Below, in pieces: positions 32,701-42,483 of a stretch of 64,000 nt of DNA. Numbering within the stretch: the first letter of the stretch is position 1; the number at the start of each line of letters is the position of its first letter. The notes under the pieces were generated by a model. It was not told the origin of the DNA, did not search any database, and was given only the letters and a program-made list of their open reading frames with translations. The stretch is from a virus (Duplodnaviria > Caudoviricetes): positions 82,601 to 146,600 of IMG/VR virus record IMGVR_UViG_3300013936_000011, one strand, 5' to 3'. A program made the position numbers and the translations under genes.

Positions 32701-32967
32701 TGTGACAAATGCGATAACGATATGCAAGATATAACTGATGATGTTGGAAACGATGATGAACAATTTGTAGATATGGCACAAGATTATGAAGTAATCGGTC
32801 CTTATTTCGAAGGAGATAACACTGAGTTCACAGTTCCAGATAATGTAATAATGGATGTAGATTATCATATCAATGAATTACTTAAGATAATCAATAGTCA
32901 AGATTATTACATGACATCTGATTTTATAGATTGGAAAATCTTATTATATATTCTTCAAAACATGTAA
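26734..32967 (+). CDS. Large virion protein with five tandem FN3/Ig-like double-domain repeats
   Basis: Five copies of HY[FY]N[DE]EP...W..P.D.DGD...Y...D...NSYY, alternating with KP.I....GE.G.V...Y.H units. Confidence 0.7.
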   Translation: MAAITMTETSDSPYLGKSHVFSKSYNSDKSKETFTWKCWPQEVPYSYTYYGKSYSGYYTGGTSSKPGGILRGSELTRYTRRGIFEGIRIHQIKWRKNGGTWKTKGYSEISNESDATVSVSTATNGDKFEIQVTYELCTMGFPHRNFPFFWFCAKGSTYYVGGNGKSIKYTKPNSDPGRSYSKVSNTAWEKVRLDWGDPRDPSVKTADKTLAGWSYKNGKAKTRIYNELGDGADKTAYSPTYTYEYQTHYPQLHGLGWKSEAGNDYQYARKSAYWTYRRTFTYSVTSSDIKEAPDPVEAPNKPEITVVPNHCSTDLRGEEGTVKVKYTHPSNHDGAILLYAYQFNEKTGDFIQKRVGGGFIEVDANEIYQYTVNFKDLGFARSREIRYMAVAKVDDLYYNDTKRKTTASLIDANDTYSERLTKWNVYAKGHYFNEEPVVEEIHLKESLDYTKKATLYWDRPIDPDGDKVHYSLCIARPGSEWENDSLDTFYGGNYGGVNGDVLYSYRIDNITSTTYDLDTTSFPYLEDLKVWLVSYDDYINSYYYASRPIEFKKVQSPYVKIECEEIRSGEINPTNHDDMIDGTRGKVKLTYYHEKCVGGTVDLEIYQPTDYEGTNGYRKAVIKNVASFTGSNGLNGETKEYIVDFKQYSALDRSKDINYFVKATDTNGTKSWLTGDDKWENTVRGHYYNDEPAPVYPALDIDHSENRKDYAHLIWDQPIDPDYDSKLWYAIYLATGDSSKDTNSKEFGKQKTKMSYYKVYYTTATEYYIDITDFTSSTGDLSVWIESHDQKWNNYYHYGTPKQFQNTATAPNKPYIVCYNMYDELDGLKCSEQGEVYIYYSHDQGWSGYVKLYAMGKYKDGSFRVANVFEKQLGKEEVLIQDGSPYDFVVDFRKVFGNEWTNRDCEVHYYATARTANRDLVDAASSEGDIDWVPTVANSSAKFNSWDGAHYYNDEPSDMSSGSPAKLTLGLDDANSDIFTKVRLKWSTATDVAGDIVRYEVYLKPEHKIYTVNDEIRYFNNPDPDADEAIRCDLLGITNNTFLDFDMTGYEVEGETYTAFIRAVDGWHNSYYYDSNKLVFTKKEYSRPKTKINIENAHGEFGKAQLIYTHPDSKLTGEDATDRGSCDGKVWVYAYIDGYESRPINISSLFGDVVTKEDKDDDVDYIIMTPDQTIDKTIDFREIVRLGKEQNIAISQYRSNYITYYAIAKDVNPGIYSIDTAPDDIGSYEREEYLSQTINGIQYFYTHYFNEEPPQPVPYTGSPLTEADRAVFGFNYTIIQIEPISDPDRDPMHYYIYIDTPNSMGDAEHTTKVYKEVANVNTRDVVIETTDRVYNRCYRIDPIYEKTGDEVNVNNILYYNVYKLTGDDFNSSSSWTYISKSDTPSLKIDYIADNYPLSKWVDEANGLSQSDGAGLFTYWVESRDDYENSYYRSSDSMIVDRIQHKKPNKPELTVTPAHGERGEISIKYKHPEQLDSLIYLYAYFTDSKGVKHTGLVDVIDVSYTDEEKNDYYLNRVPIVKEVEYTVEFTKEVHDHTKFFERSTAISYYAVAADKIVGYISELKDNTSASIDDFNPDSIAEADRRDGHYFNEEPEISSPYYLFTEKIAADEGDSIFEKGVLDNLVVEETPFDTMTLLWEMPVTATDNKDIDGDIIDYYFYMYCPSTTLETKNKDEEKPDHVFYGNYTESDSYGGNDIMQPDNGDAGDLDEFSDNGQEPEYVKGVVEYNYLVTVPHEKIIGQTVSDKNGKTWFYYTFDLSLYQEDGNVTIWIETRDRYENSYYRSGYSLTLKRGHKAKPVQTAYPNNVNNVVYCKRPRILIELAEDDLRQEVIVTWKNVEYSNKDYNQRQFFSSIPKVTKGDPGLNTTGENDCYVIFRPPVAYTEISGSKVQYSIKVNNTCTTSESRYFSYMYYKFGYNLTEDTFIPIKAVHVNEFRKAAQRVIDAYGKSYEDPGEYQLKDRAVVIKQVVDNEDYNEIAKPLMNLNNFLNTCDKCDNDMQDITDDVGNDDEQFVDMAQDYEVIGPYFEGDNTEFTVPDNVIMDVDYHINELLKIINSQDYYMTSDFIDWKILLYILQNM

Positions 32968-32973
32968 TAAATT

Positions 32974-33001
32974 GAGCCAGGGGATATTTCCCTGGCTTTT
33001 T
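32974..33001 (+). terminator. Intrinsic terminator
   Basis: AGCCAGGG...CCCTGGCT stem followed by a T tract. Confidence 0.85.
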
Positions 33002-33003
33002 AT

Positions 33004-33010
33004 AGTAATA
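33004..33010 (+). promoter_or_regulatory. Putative late promoter motif AGTAATA
   Basis: Lies immediately after the terminator and before the RBS of 33045. Confidence 0.6.
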
Positions 33011-33044
33011 TTTATATGATAAAAAAATGAGGCAGGTGAAAAGA

Positions 33045-36000
33045 ATGGCTAGAAAATTTAATGCAGGTAGACAAGGCGAGTATCTAATGAACTCTCAATT
33101 GTTTGATGTATATAATGCTCTTAAATATATCAATTATAAAAATGTCACACCTACTCAAGATAAGCAAGCTGAAATACCAGATGGTGCTTTATGGGTAGAC
33201 ACTAGTCAAGGAACTAACATTTTAAAAAGATATGTAGCAGCATCACGTGATTGGATACCTATGTTTGAAGGATACTTTCAACCTTTGCCTATAACAGAAA
33301 ATCCTGTTAATCCTAGCGACGGACAAATCTGGATAGATCCTTCTGGAGTAATCAGATATTACGATAAACAAACTGCTAAGTGGAATGTAGCAGCAGCTAG
33401 ATCAGCAGCTAATGCAAATATATCTACAGCAGGTATACCTAATTTCTATATAACTCCAGAATTAAAATCATCATTTACAGATACTTATTCAGTTTCAAAT
33501 GTTAGTATAGGTAAATTATTTAGATATGATTCTCCAGAATCTGGTCGAGGATCTTATGTAGACGGTAGCCAATATGAAGATATAAATACTGTAGCAGTAT
33601 ATTATCCTAATAGTGCTAAATATGATTTAGCTTGGTGTAATGTTAACCCAGTAAGACTTAGTGGAAGTACTAAAAGACTTATAAAAGTAATAAATACAGA
33701 ACCTGGAGATGATCAGTACTTTGTAGAAACTACTACAACTAATACTGAGTTTTATGGTTTTAAAGAAGGAGACATTACTGGTACATTCTTAAGAAGTAGA
33801 GAATTAGTTTATGGCTCTGAAGATATAAGTAGCGAAAAGATGGCTAGTATAATAGCTTCAGATACTATCAGTGATTATGTAAGAGTCACAGGTGGAATTA
33901 AATTAATTAATAAAGGTAAGGATTACAAATATATATATGCTATCACTTATCATTTCGCAGATTCGGCTGAAAGAAATGACGGAGTTGTCTTATCAAATGG
34001 TACAACAATTGGTGAGATAAATGAAATAGAAGTTGGTGATATAAATGATAATAACCCTACATTATTCTTAGATGGTATATATCTTGAACAAAAAGATTAT
34101 TCATACGATAAAACAACTGGTATAATGAAATTTAATGGCGATGGAATTACTAATAGAATGTCTATGGTAGCAGTATCATTTACTCACACTCTATGTGAAT
34201 CTATAGGTGATGACGATATTATATTTAGCAATACTGAAATAGTAGATAACGATATAGTTATTAATAATTCTAGTGCATTAACAGATATAGATAGCTGGAC
34301 TACTCCAATAGCATTCGTATCTGGGGTTGCAGGTTTTGAACAAATAAGCGACCAAGTTACAATAGATAAAACGACTAATAGTATTACTGTTAAGGATTTC
34401 GGACCAGTTCTAGAAAATGAAAGCTATAGCATAATGTTAGTAGACATAGGTTCTGAGACTTATGATCATGGTACAGCAACTAAGAATGCTATTACAAGTG
34501 ATATTATAGTTTCAGATACAAGCGTGAAATATCTATTATTCATAGATGGTGTTTGTATGTCTCCTAAAGATCTTGTTATAAGTAATGGTCAAATAACTAT
34601 CTCTGGTGATTTATCTAATGATGTTGAATGGTTCTTAATAAGAATATCAAATACTGATACAGGTATTTATTTAATGTTCGATGAAGATGTATCATATTAT
34701 ACTACAATGATAACTGACCATAATAATAATACTATATATAATAATGCAGATATGGTTGTTGCATATTCTAAGAAACAAGGCTCTGAAACTTACGGTGTAT
34801 TAATAGATGATAAGTTTATTACAGATACTCCTGATGGCCTTACTAAATATGTAACAGGTCAAGTATTAAATATGGGTTATGAAGATGAATTAGGCGATAT
34901 TCAATATGCTTATCATATTTATAATAGCGACGGTACATATACATGGAAGAAATATGATGATGTATATGGAGAGAATAGTTACTTGGAAGTAGATGATATG
35001 GTTACTCAATATGCTACTGAAGGTTCATTATCTATAATGAGTAACAAGGGACTTGTAGGCTCTAATTTATACTATTATGCTTACACTTATGCAGATACAA
35101 TAGACGAACCTATTAGAATGGGTAGTAGAACATGTAAAATCAATTCATCAGAAGCTCCTGTCGTTGGTGATACTCAAGCTTTCTATACAAATAAGAATGA
35201 AGTATTTTTACATGGTAAAGGTTGTATAGCAGCATACGTTAATGGTATTATGCAAGAAGTCAGCGATACAACTACTATGGCTACATGTGAATTTATCATA
35301 CCTACAACTGTAGCTGATCCATATAAACAAAAATGGGGCAAACAAGAAGAGTTATATGCTATGTTTAAAGCATTTGATGATACAGTAACTCTTGGTAATC
35401 TTAAACAATTCATGGTCGACAATGGCGTTACATCTCTAGCAGCTTCAGAAGACGTTTACAATAAAATAAAAGTCTTACATGATGCAATAACAGAGTATGA
35501 ATCTGAAAATTCATTATGTTATATATTCGAAGAAATAGAAGCTGAAGAAAGTTATTCTGCTAATAGATTAACTGCAGATGCATCAATGAGATACGATATA
35601 TTCCCTAACACATATATATTTGAAAACTATTCTATAGGTGCGGGTACTATAAACGTATATCTTAACGGAGTATTCTTAGAAAAATCATGCTATTCAATAT
35701 TTGATGGAAACAAAATTATGATAAATAATATCGATACTGTAGGTGGTTCTGATCAATGGACTAAAGACGGAGACCATTATACAGATATGAAATACTACGA
35801 TGAATCTGATGGTACAGTTAAATGGATAGAATGTGACGAATGTGATTATGTAACTCTTGAGTTTAGACCTGATAATTCAGTTAAGAAAGTCACATATGAT
35901 GTAAAACAAATATCATATGATACGCAAAGTTTTGATACAGAAGATTATGAATTTCCAAGTTCTCTTAAGAACTCTAAGGACCTTATAAAAATATATATAA

Positions 36001-36185
36001 ACGGTATATTATATGACGGTACTTATGTTTTTAAAGACGGTGTATTATCATTAGATACTCCTGTATTAAATATGGATCCTATTGAATTATATTTCAACAG
36101 TCATCCTTACGAATATAAGATTTGGAAAAATAAAAATGGAGAATATATCGCTCCTAAAGATAGAGTAACTTTTGAATGGAGGTAA
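33045..36185 (+). CDS. Putative baseplate/tail structural protein
   Basis: Start at ATG 33045 after CAGGTG; DGALWVD and P.NP.DGQIWID motifs; repeated LF.DG / Y.NG beta domains. Confidence 0.65.
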   Translation: MARKFNAGRQGEYLMNSQLFDVYNALKYINYKNVTPTQDKQAEIPDGALWVDTSQGTNILKRYVAASRDWIPMFEGYFQPLPITENPVNPSDGQIWIDPSGVIRYYDKQTAKWNVAAARSAANANISTAGIPNFYITPELKSSFTDTYSVSNVSIGKLFRYDSPESGRGSYVDGSQYEDINTVAVYYPNSAKYDLAWCNVNPVRLSGSTKRLIKVINTEPGDDQYFVETTTTNTEFYGFKEGDITGTFLRSRELVYGSEDISSEKMASIIASDTISDYVRVTGGIKLINKGKDYKYIYAITYHFADSAERNDGVVLSNGTTIGEINEIEVGDINDNNPTLFLDGIYLEQKDYSYDKTTGIMKFNGDGITNRMSMVAVSFTHTLCESIGDDDIIFSNTEIVDNDIVINNSSALTDIDSWTTPIAFVSGVAGFEQISDQVTIDKTTNSITVKDFGPVLENESYSIMLVDIGSETYDHGTATKNAITSDIIVSDTSVKYLLFIDGVCMSPKDLVISNGQITISGDLSNDVEWFLIRISNTDTGIYLMFDEDVSYYTTMITDHNNNTIYNNADMVVAYSKKQGSETYGVLIDDKFITDTPDGLTKYVTGQVLNMGYEDELGDIQYAYHIYNSDGTYTWKKYDDVYGENSYLEVDDMVTQYATEGSLSIMSNKGLVGSNLYYYAYTYADTIDEPIRMGSRTCKINSSEAPVVGDTQAFYTNKNEVFLHGKGCIAAYVNGIMQEVSDTTTMATCEFIIPTTVADPYKQKWGKQEELYAMFKAFDDTVTLGNLKQFMVDNGVTSLAASEDVYNKIKVLHDAITEYESENSLCYIFEEIEAEESYSANRLTADASMRYDIFPNTYIFENYSIGAGTINVYLNGVFLEKSCYSIFDGNKIMINNIDTVGGSDQWTKDGDHYTDMKYYDESDGTVKWIECDECDYVTLEFRPDNSVKKVTYDVKQISYDTQSFDTEDYEFPSSLKNSKDLIKIYINGILYDGTYVFKDGVLSLDTPVLNMDPIELYFNSHPYEYKIWKNKNGEYIAPKDRVTFEWR

Positions 36186-36189
36186 GAAT

Positions 36190-38028
36190 ATGGCAAAAGG
36201 AAAAATTAGCTTAGGACAATTGCCAATGGATCAAATAGATGCTTACTTAAGTATAGTTTGTGGTTATACCAGAAAATCTGAAAAAGCTACTGATACAGAA
36301 CAAGTAGGTGGCATAGATGCTGAAAAAATAGCATTAGCAGCTCAAGATGATGAAGGCAATCTTATTGAAGACAGAAATACAGTTCAAAACGCTTTAAAAC
36401 TTGGCGGAATAGATGCCAACGAATATATAACTAAAGGCAATTCTCAAACAGTAATGAAAGATACTTACGCTGTATCTGATATAGTAAGTGATGAATTAAA
36501 ATCTAATCGTGATGAAATGTATCAGATGCAAGCTCAACTTGTAAAAGCAGGATTTGTAAAAGATACAGAACCTTATAATGGCTTTTATGATGCATTTAAA
36601 TCAGGAAATGAAAAATATATAAATGAAATAATAACTTCTATAAATAGTGGTTCTGGTAATACAGTAGCTGTTGCAGATGCACAAGAATTGTCTCCTAATG
36701 AATATATAGCAGTAGATAATAACGTAGCTAAAATAGATAGTATAACTGGACAAAATGTTGTACTTAACAATGCTATAGGTACTGCAGGAGATATATATAA
36801 GACAGCTGGTATTTATCATCAAGGCGAATTTGTATTCGGTACAGAAGATAAAAATAACTCTCAAGGAGAAACTACAAGAGCTGTAGTTAAAGATGGTAGC
36901 AATCGTAGAGTTGTTTATACTTTATCTGAATCTGTAACTGGATTTGGTACAGTATTACGTGAATGGGTATCTGTACAAGGTTCATTAGATAAAGTGCAAG
37001 TAAGCCTTGGATGTCTTGGTAGACCAGGTAGCATACAAATGAAAATATACAGAATAGATAATGAAGATGATTTAGTAAATGGATTATATCTATTAGGCGA
37101 AAGTGACTATTTAAGCAGTAGTACAATGTCTGCATCATTAAATAATGTAGAGTTTTCATTTAAAGATAGAGTTATTATAGAACCTGGATTCGATCATTTA
37201 ATATTATTAGAAGCACAAGGAATAAGTACTAACAATACTTATATCATAGGTGGATATACTGAACCAGATGCTAACAGTGCATTCTATACAGATGATGTAT
37301 ATATTCAATCTAATGACGGAACTCTTGCTCCTAATTATGGTATAAAGGCAGATATGTTCCTATGCTTATATTTAAAAGAAATAAAGACAAGCGCAATAAC
37401 TTATAATAAGAATGGTTTATATTCTTGCTATAAAGAAATGATGTATGATGATTTTACTAGATTACGTGTTCAAATGAAAGTAAATCGTGAAGGTATATAC
37501 ACTGTAGCAAGTAATAGTGTTGTTACTGCAGCTAATAGTGCTTTACTATTAGAAGGTGAAGATAATGGCGTATTTGCTAAAGATGATAAAATCGTTATAG
37601 GACAAAATATTTATACTATAAATACTAAGAACGCTGGAGATACTAGCATAACATTAACAGAAAATGCTTATACTCCTCATGGTGCTGATGTTTATAGAAT
37701 GGGTTATAAGGTCGTAGTAAAAGCTAGACATAAAACTATAGATTTAAATAACGTAACTAATCCTATTACATATAGTGAACCTAAGATAGTAGAAGTCCCA
37801 TTAAAAGCTATCATACCTGGCAAAGAACCAGATAAAGAAGACTTTTCAAGTGATAGATTAATATTCGAAGTTGACTTAAGAGACCAATTAGGAGATCTTG
37901 AAGCATTCAACTGCTTTGAAGTTCAAATCTATTGGAATAGCAATTTAGGTGCAAATAATATATCAGATAGCACTTGCGGTAAGATATTAGATTTAACAAT
38001 ATCAACTGATAAGAGTTATGCTCATTAA
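36190..38028 (+). CDS. Putative tail structural protein
   Basis: Start at ATG 36190 after GGAGGT; NALKLGGIDA.EY fibre motif; structural context. Confidence 0.65.
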   Translation: MAKGKISLGQLPMDQIDAYLSIVCGYTRKSEKATDTEQVGGIDAEKIALAAQDDEGNLIEDRNTVQNALKLGGIDANEYITKGNSQTVMKDTYAVSDIVSDELKSNRDEMYQMQAQLVKAGFVKDTEPYNGFYDAFKSGNEKYINEIITSINSGSGNTVAVADAQELSPNEYIAVDNNVAKIDSITGQNVVLNNAIGTAGDIYKTAGIYHQGEFVFGTEDKNNSQGETTRAVVKDGSNRRVVYTLSESVTGFGTVLREWVSVQGSLDKVQVSLGCLGRPGSIQMKIYRIDNEDDLVNGLYLLGESDYLSSSTMSASLNNVEFSFKDRVIIEPGFDHLILLEAQGISTNNTYIIGGYTEPDANSAFYTDDVYIQSNDGTLAPNYGIKADMFLCLYLKEIKTSAITYNKNGLYSCYKEMMYDDFTRLRVQMKVNREGIYTVASNSVVTAANSALLLEGEDNGVFAKDDKIVIGQNIYTINTKNAGDTSITLTENAYTPHGADVYRMGYKVVVKARHKTIDLNNVTNPITYSEPKIVEVPLKAIIPGKEPDKEDFSSDRLIFEVDLRDQLGDLEAFNCFEVQIYWNSNLGANNISDSTCGKILDLTISTDKSYAH

Positions 38029-38043
38029 TAGGAGGTGATATGT

Positions 38044-39558
38044 ATGGGAATGAAAAAGATAAGCGAAAACGTTGTAGCTTTAGGAAGATCACTTACACTT
38101 ATTAATGATCAAGTCAGAGATAATACGAATATACAAAAAGGTGCATTAAAGACTCAAACTACAGGTTCTACTTATACAGTCAATATACCTGTAGAAGAAA
38201 ATAATTCATATAAAGATGTAACTGTAAGTTATACTAGCGGATTAAAATATAAAGCTGATACTAACAAATACGTATCATTTGATGCTAAAGGTATACTAGA
38301 ACCATTAAGTATTGATGCTGAAGTAATGTTAGAAACTCATTCTATATATGCACGTTGTTTAAATACAGGATGCGTTATAACTGATAAGCTTGCTGAACAA
38401 GCAGTAACAACATCTAAAATAAAAGACGCTAACGTTACTACTGAAAAGATAAAAGACTTAGCAGTGACTACTCCTAAATTAGCTGAAGGCGCAGTAGTTA
38501 ACAGTAAGATAGCTGATAAGACTATAGTAGCATATGAAAAAATAGTTCCTAGCACTGTTACTACAGAATTATTAGTTGACTATTCAGTAACTAGTAGAAA
38601 AATCGCAGACGGTGCTGTTATTAACGAGAAACTTGGAACTCATGCTGTTACTACTGAGAAGATAGCTGATAAAACAATAACTAATACTAATATAGCAGAT
38701 AAGACTATACTTAGCTCTAATATAGCTGACGGAGCAATAGAAACAATAAACCTTAAAGACCTATCTGTTAGCACAGCTAAATTACAAGATGGTTCAGTTA
38801 CAACTCCTAAACTTGCAGATGGAGCAGTTACTTCAGAAAAGATAGCAGACAATACTATTACAGCAAACAATATAAAACAAGGTGCAATCAATAGTGAATG
38901 TATAGAAAATGAAACTATAATTACAGAAGATCTTCATGACGAATGCGTCACTCTAGAAAAACTTGCACCAGATGTATTTGGTAAAGTTAATGACGCAGTT
39001 ATATATGAAAACAGTAATCCTGATTATAAAATAAATTATGGCACAGCTCATAATCATATGGTACAAATAAAAAGAACTGTAGATGGCGAAAAACAAGATA
39101 CAGATTTATATGTATCAGGTCATATATATGCAGCTGGTAATATAGAAGGTGCTAGAGTTTATAATATGGCATATGCAGATATAGCCGAAGGTTATATACC
39201 AGGTGAAGAATTAGAACCAGGCGATATAGTAGAACTAAGAGAAAATGGTAAGGTTTATAAAGCTGGTATGCATAATGGATTTGCAGCAGCAACTGTCGGA
39301 GTAATAACTGACGAATATGCAGCATGTTATGGGGCAACAGAAGCTGAAATACTAAGCGGTGAAAAAGTTGCTGTAGCTTTAGTCGGTAAAGTACATGTTA
39401 AAGTAGATGGTTCTGCTTATATAGGTTCTGCAATTAGCGTATCAGATGTACCAGGAGCAGGTACTTTATATGAAGGAGGAATTGTTATAGGTAGAGCATT
39501 AGAAACTTCAAAGCAACGTGGAGTTCATAAAGTATTATGTCTAGTTCGACCTTGTTAA
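38044..39558 (+). CDS. Tail fibre with 10-residue AVT.EKIADG repeats and a C-terminal chaperone-like domain
   Basis: About 20 decapeptide repeats; C-terminal YADIAEGY...PGDIV...VGVIT...VALVGKVHVKV...IGRALE resembles the peptidase G2-type autocleaving chaperone; RBS GGAGGTG supports ATG 38044. Confidence 0.75.
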   Translation: MGMKKISENVVALGRSLTLINDQVRDNTNIQKGALKTQTTGSTYTVNIPVEENNSYKDVTVSYTSGLKYKADTNKYVSFDAKGILEPLSIDAEVMLETHSIYARCLNTGCVITDKLAEQAVTTSKIKDANVTTEKIKDLAVTTPKLAEGAVVNSKIADKTIVAYEKIVPSTVTTELLVDYSVTSRKIADGAVINEKLGTHAVTTEKIADKTITNTNIADKTILSSNIADGAIETINLKDLSVSTAKLQDGSVTTPKLADGAVTSEKIADNTITANNIKQGAINSECIENETIITEDLHDECVTLEKLAPDVFGKVNDAVIYENSNPDYKINYGTAHNHMVQIKRTVDGEKQDTDLYVSGHIYAAGNIEGARVYNMAYADIAEGYIPGEELEPGDIVELRENGKVYKAGMHNGFAAATVGVITDEYAACYGATEAEILSGEKVAVALVGKVHVKVDGSAYIGSAISVSDVPGAGTLYEGGIVIGRALETSKQRGVHKVLCLVRPC

Positions 39559-39575
39559 TATAGATACAGAATTAT

Positions 39576-39602
39576 AAGACGAGGATTTATCCTCGTCTTT
39601 TT
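39576..39602 (+). terminator. Intrinsic terminator
   Basis: AAGACGAGGAT / ATCCTCGTCTT perfect stem plus T tract. Confidence 0.85.
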
Positions 39603-39609
39603 GGTAATA
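39603..39609 (+). promoter_or_regulatory. Putative late promoter motif GGTAATA
   Basis: Abuts the terminator and precedes the AAGGAGG RBS. Confidence 0.6.
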
Positions 39610-39634
39610 AGAAAATAGATAAGGAGGTATGCAT

Positions 39635-41149
39635 ATGTTAAAAGATTCTATTGATTTTGACTATAACTTAGAACAAATAAATCAAGAAATTGATTCTGAA
39701 ATCCAGCTACAAGATGAAATCATGGACAGTGAAAAAATGAATAATACATTTTCTACTATAGAATCTAATCTTAATTCACTATACGAGAAAACACGTTATT
39801 TAGAAGACGCTATAGAATATGCTAAAACTTTTGCAGAGCTTAAGATAAATGAATATACTACAGATATAAATAGTATGATAAAGTCTATTGAAGATATAAG
39901 CAACATAAGTCGTAATCTAGGATATGTGCAATACGAAGTTCCATTCGTAGAAGGTGTAATAGATATTCCTGATAGAAACAAGGATTATAAAATCAAACCT
40001 TGTAAAGTACGTGAAAGCACAACTTCTGATAATAAGAAATGCGATATTATAACTCTTAACAATTACGTTAATCAAACATATAAAATAAATTCTGTAACTT
40101 CAAAATGCGATCAAGTTCCATTTGACAGTAATTTAGCTGATTTCGATGGCAGCAATAAATATACAACATTGTATCTGGAACAAAAACCTGTTGAAGGTGA
40201 TTTAGTGCAAACAATGACAGTAGCGCTTGCTGAACCGAGTGAGATTAATGAACTTGAAATAACTCCTGTAAATTGTTATATAGAAAACATAAGATACGTT
40301 TACGTAAATGGCATAGAGGAATATGCAGGAGATTTAATAACAGGAATAGAACCAGAGTCTCGTATAGTTACACATGTTAAATTTGATATGAGATGTAATA
40401 AATACAATACAATTACATACGAATTAGATAAAGAAGCTTTGTCTATGAATGCCTGGGACTTTGTTAGAAGCGCGGAATATCCTACTGTTGTTGCAGATAC
40501 TAAACTAGATACTGATATAATATTGTCTCGTACAGAAATTAATTCTAGTGGTAACACAGTTACTAAATCTTATAAAACAGCTAAACAAGTAGAGAAAGTA
40601 GATATGTATGTATATAATTTTGGGCTAGATTCATTAAAAGTTAACAGAGTAGAGCTATATGAAGATGGCTATTTCTTGTCAGATCCTATTAGCATAGGTG
40701 ACTTTTCATCTAATGAATATGTACAACTAGCTGTAGATGACAGTATAGTATCAGGATGCGGAGTAGAATATTATATTGTAGATGGGGATGTAGATAAAAG
40801 TATTGTACCTGTAGGCACTAAGATAATTACAGATGAAATGATATTCCCTGATACAGATTTGCGTTTCACAGTAGATGATGATTTACATAGTGATGGTTTA
40901 CGACAAATCAAGAAAGACGGATTAAATGTAAATATATCATTAGAAGATGCTAAGACTTCATATGATGGCAGATATTCTGCAGATTATCAACCTTTAAGTG
41001 AGTATTATAACTATACTCCTCTAAACAATACTATAAGGGTTAAAGCAATTATAAGAACTTATGGAGATCAAATAGATGCTATCCCTTATATTAAATCAAT
41101 ATCAGTTAATAAATATGGAGGGAATACATTATGGACAAATCTATATTAG
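39635..41149 (+). CDS. Putative baseplate/structural protein
   Basis: Acidic; N-terminal coiled coil then beta domains ending PYIKSI; ATG 39635 has the better RBS spacing. Confidence 0.6.
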   Translation: MLKDSIDFDYNLEQINQEIDSEIQLQDEIMDSEKMNNTFSTIESNLNSLYEKTRYLEDAIEYAKTFAELKINEYTTDINSMIKSIEDISNISRNLGYVQYEVPFVEGVIDIPDRNKDYKIKPCKVRESTTSDNKKCDIITLNNYVNQTYKINSVTSKCDQVPFDSNLADFDGSNKYTTLYLEQKPVEGDLVQTMTVALAEPSEINELEITPVNCYIENIRYVYVNGIEEYAGDLITGIEPESRIVTHVKFDMRCNKYNTITYELDKEALSMNAWDFVRSAEYPTVVADTKLDTDIILSRTEINSSGNTVTKSYKTAKQVEKVDMYVYNFGLDSLKVNRVELYEDGYFLSDPISIGDFSSNEYVQLAVDDSIVSGCGVEYYIVDGDVDKSIVPVGTKIITDEMIFPDTDLRFTVDDDLHSDGLRQIKKDGLNVNISLEDAKTSYDGRYSADYQPLSEYYNYTPLNNTIRVKAIIRTYGDQIDAIPYIKSISVNKYGGNTLWTNLY

Positions 41150-42483
41150 ACGAAAAAAGATCACTTCTTTTATCAGACTACACTCCTAAATATGAACAAT
41201 TATATATTCATCCCGAAGAAGGAGAAGATTTTAGAATTAATACTGCTTTACAAGATATTAAAAGCGATATAGATAAAATAGATAATCTATTAATAGATAA
41301 AGGTAATGCAGTTTCTACTCTATTGTCAGATACTATTACTAGACTAGATTTAGTTAAAGATAAAATACTGGCTGAAAAAGAACGTATACAAGATATTAAA
41401 ATGCTATGCAATAAATACACAGACTTTGATAAAGTCATTACTATAAACGATAAGAATTCAACTGGACAATATAGTTATACTGATAATTCATTCTTATCTT
41501 ATATTAAGAGCTATAAGAAAAATACATTATATATTAACGATGTAGTAGGCAATGGAAACGAAGGAAATCCATATGTATATCTTAATGGCACATACGTACA
41601 GTATTCTATAAATACTGCTGATAGAAAATCTTTATCTGATAACTCTATTAATTCTTATTGGGAGTATCAGAGAATAACAGCTTCAACTACTGAACAATAT
41701 TTAATACATGATTTCTATACAGATAGTGAAGAAGCTAAATGCACTATAACTATGAGCTCATCAACTAAAATGAATGAACTACAAATAATGACTCCGATAG
41801 ATAGCACAAAGGTAATAGGACTTCAATATTCTAATGATGGAGTAAATTATACAGCAGCAACTATACCAGACATAACATTTGATAAATTAGATAGCTATGA
41901 AAACACAGGATACATATATGGTTCTAGTTTAATATCTGTACCTAACTGTTATTTCGTTAAGCTAACATTACAATCTAATAGTTCTAATAACGATACTATT
42001 GCATATGAGCGTACTATGTTTAAAGACGAAACATTTAATGAAGATGAAGTAAATGATACTAAGACTGAAACTACTTTTATTCAAAGTGCTAAACGTCATG
42101 TAATTAAGATAAATGATTTATATTCTTATTCTAATCAATATATCAATACTTCTTATTTTACAACAGATAATCTAGTAGATGGTACAGATGATGTATATGC
42201 TGTTAGTGTATTCGCTAACGTATATATACCTTCACAATTATCAGATGATAGCGTAGAGTTTACACTAACTGTAAATGGTATAGATTATGAAGTACAACCA
42301 ATTAATAGTGAGTTAGACGGCGTAAAGGTTATACGTTATTCTAAAGGCAAATCAAAAACAGAATATACTGAACTTACTGATGAAGTTATCAATTCAGTAA
42401 TATTAACTGTTAAGATAAAATCTGCTAAGAACCTAACTCCATATATCAATAACGTAAAAGTATTATTAGGAGGTGAAGTATAA
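41131..42483 (+). CDS. Putative baseplate/structural protein
   Basis: Same architecture as the upstream gene (coiled coil + beta domains, ends TPYINNV). Confidence 0.6.
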   Translation: MDKSILDEKRSLLLSDYTPKYEQLYIHPEEGEDFRINTALQDIKSDIDKIDNLLIDKGNAVSTLLSDTITRLDLVKDKILAEKERIQDIKMLCNKYTDFDKVITINDKNSTGQYSYTDNSFLSYIKSYKKNTLYINDVVGNGNEGNPYVYLNGTYVQYSINTADRKSLSDNSINSYWEYQRITASTTEQYLIHDFYTDSEEAKCTITMSSSTKMNELQIMTPIDSTKVIGLQYSNDGVNYTAATIPDITFDKLDSYENTGYIYGSSLISVPNCYFVKLTLQSNSSNNDTIAYERTMFKDETFNEDEVNDTKTETTFIQSAKRHVIKINDLYSYSNQYINTSYFTTDNLVDGTDDVYAVSVFANVYIPSQLSDDSVEFTLTVNGIDYEVQPINSELDGVKVIRYSKGKSKTEYTELTDEVINSVILTVKIKSAKNLTPYINNVKVLLGGEV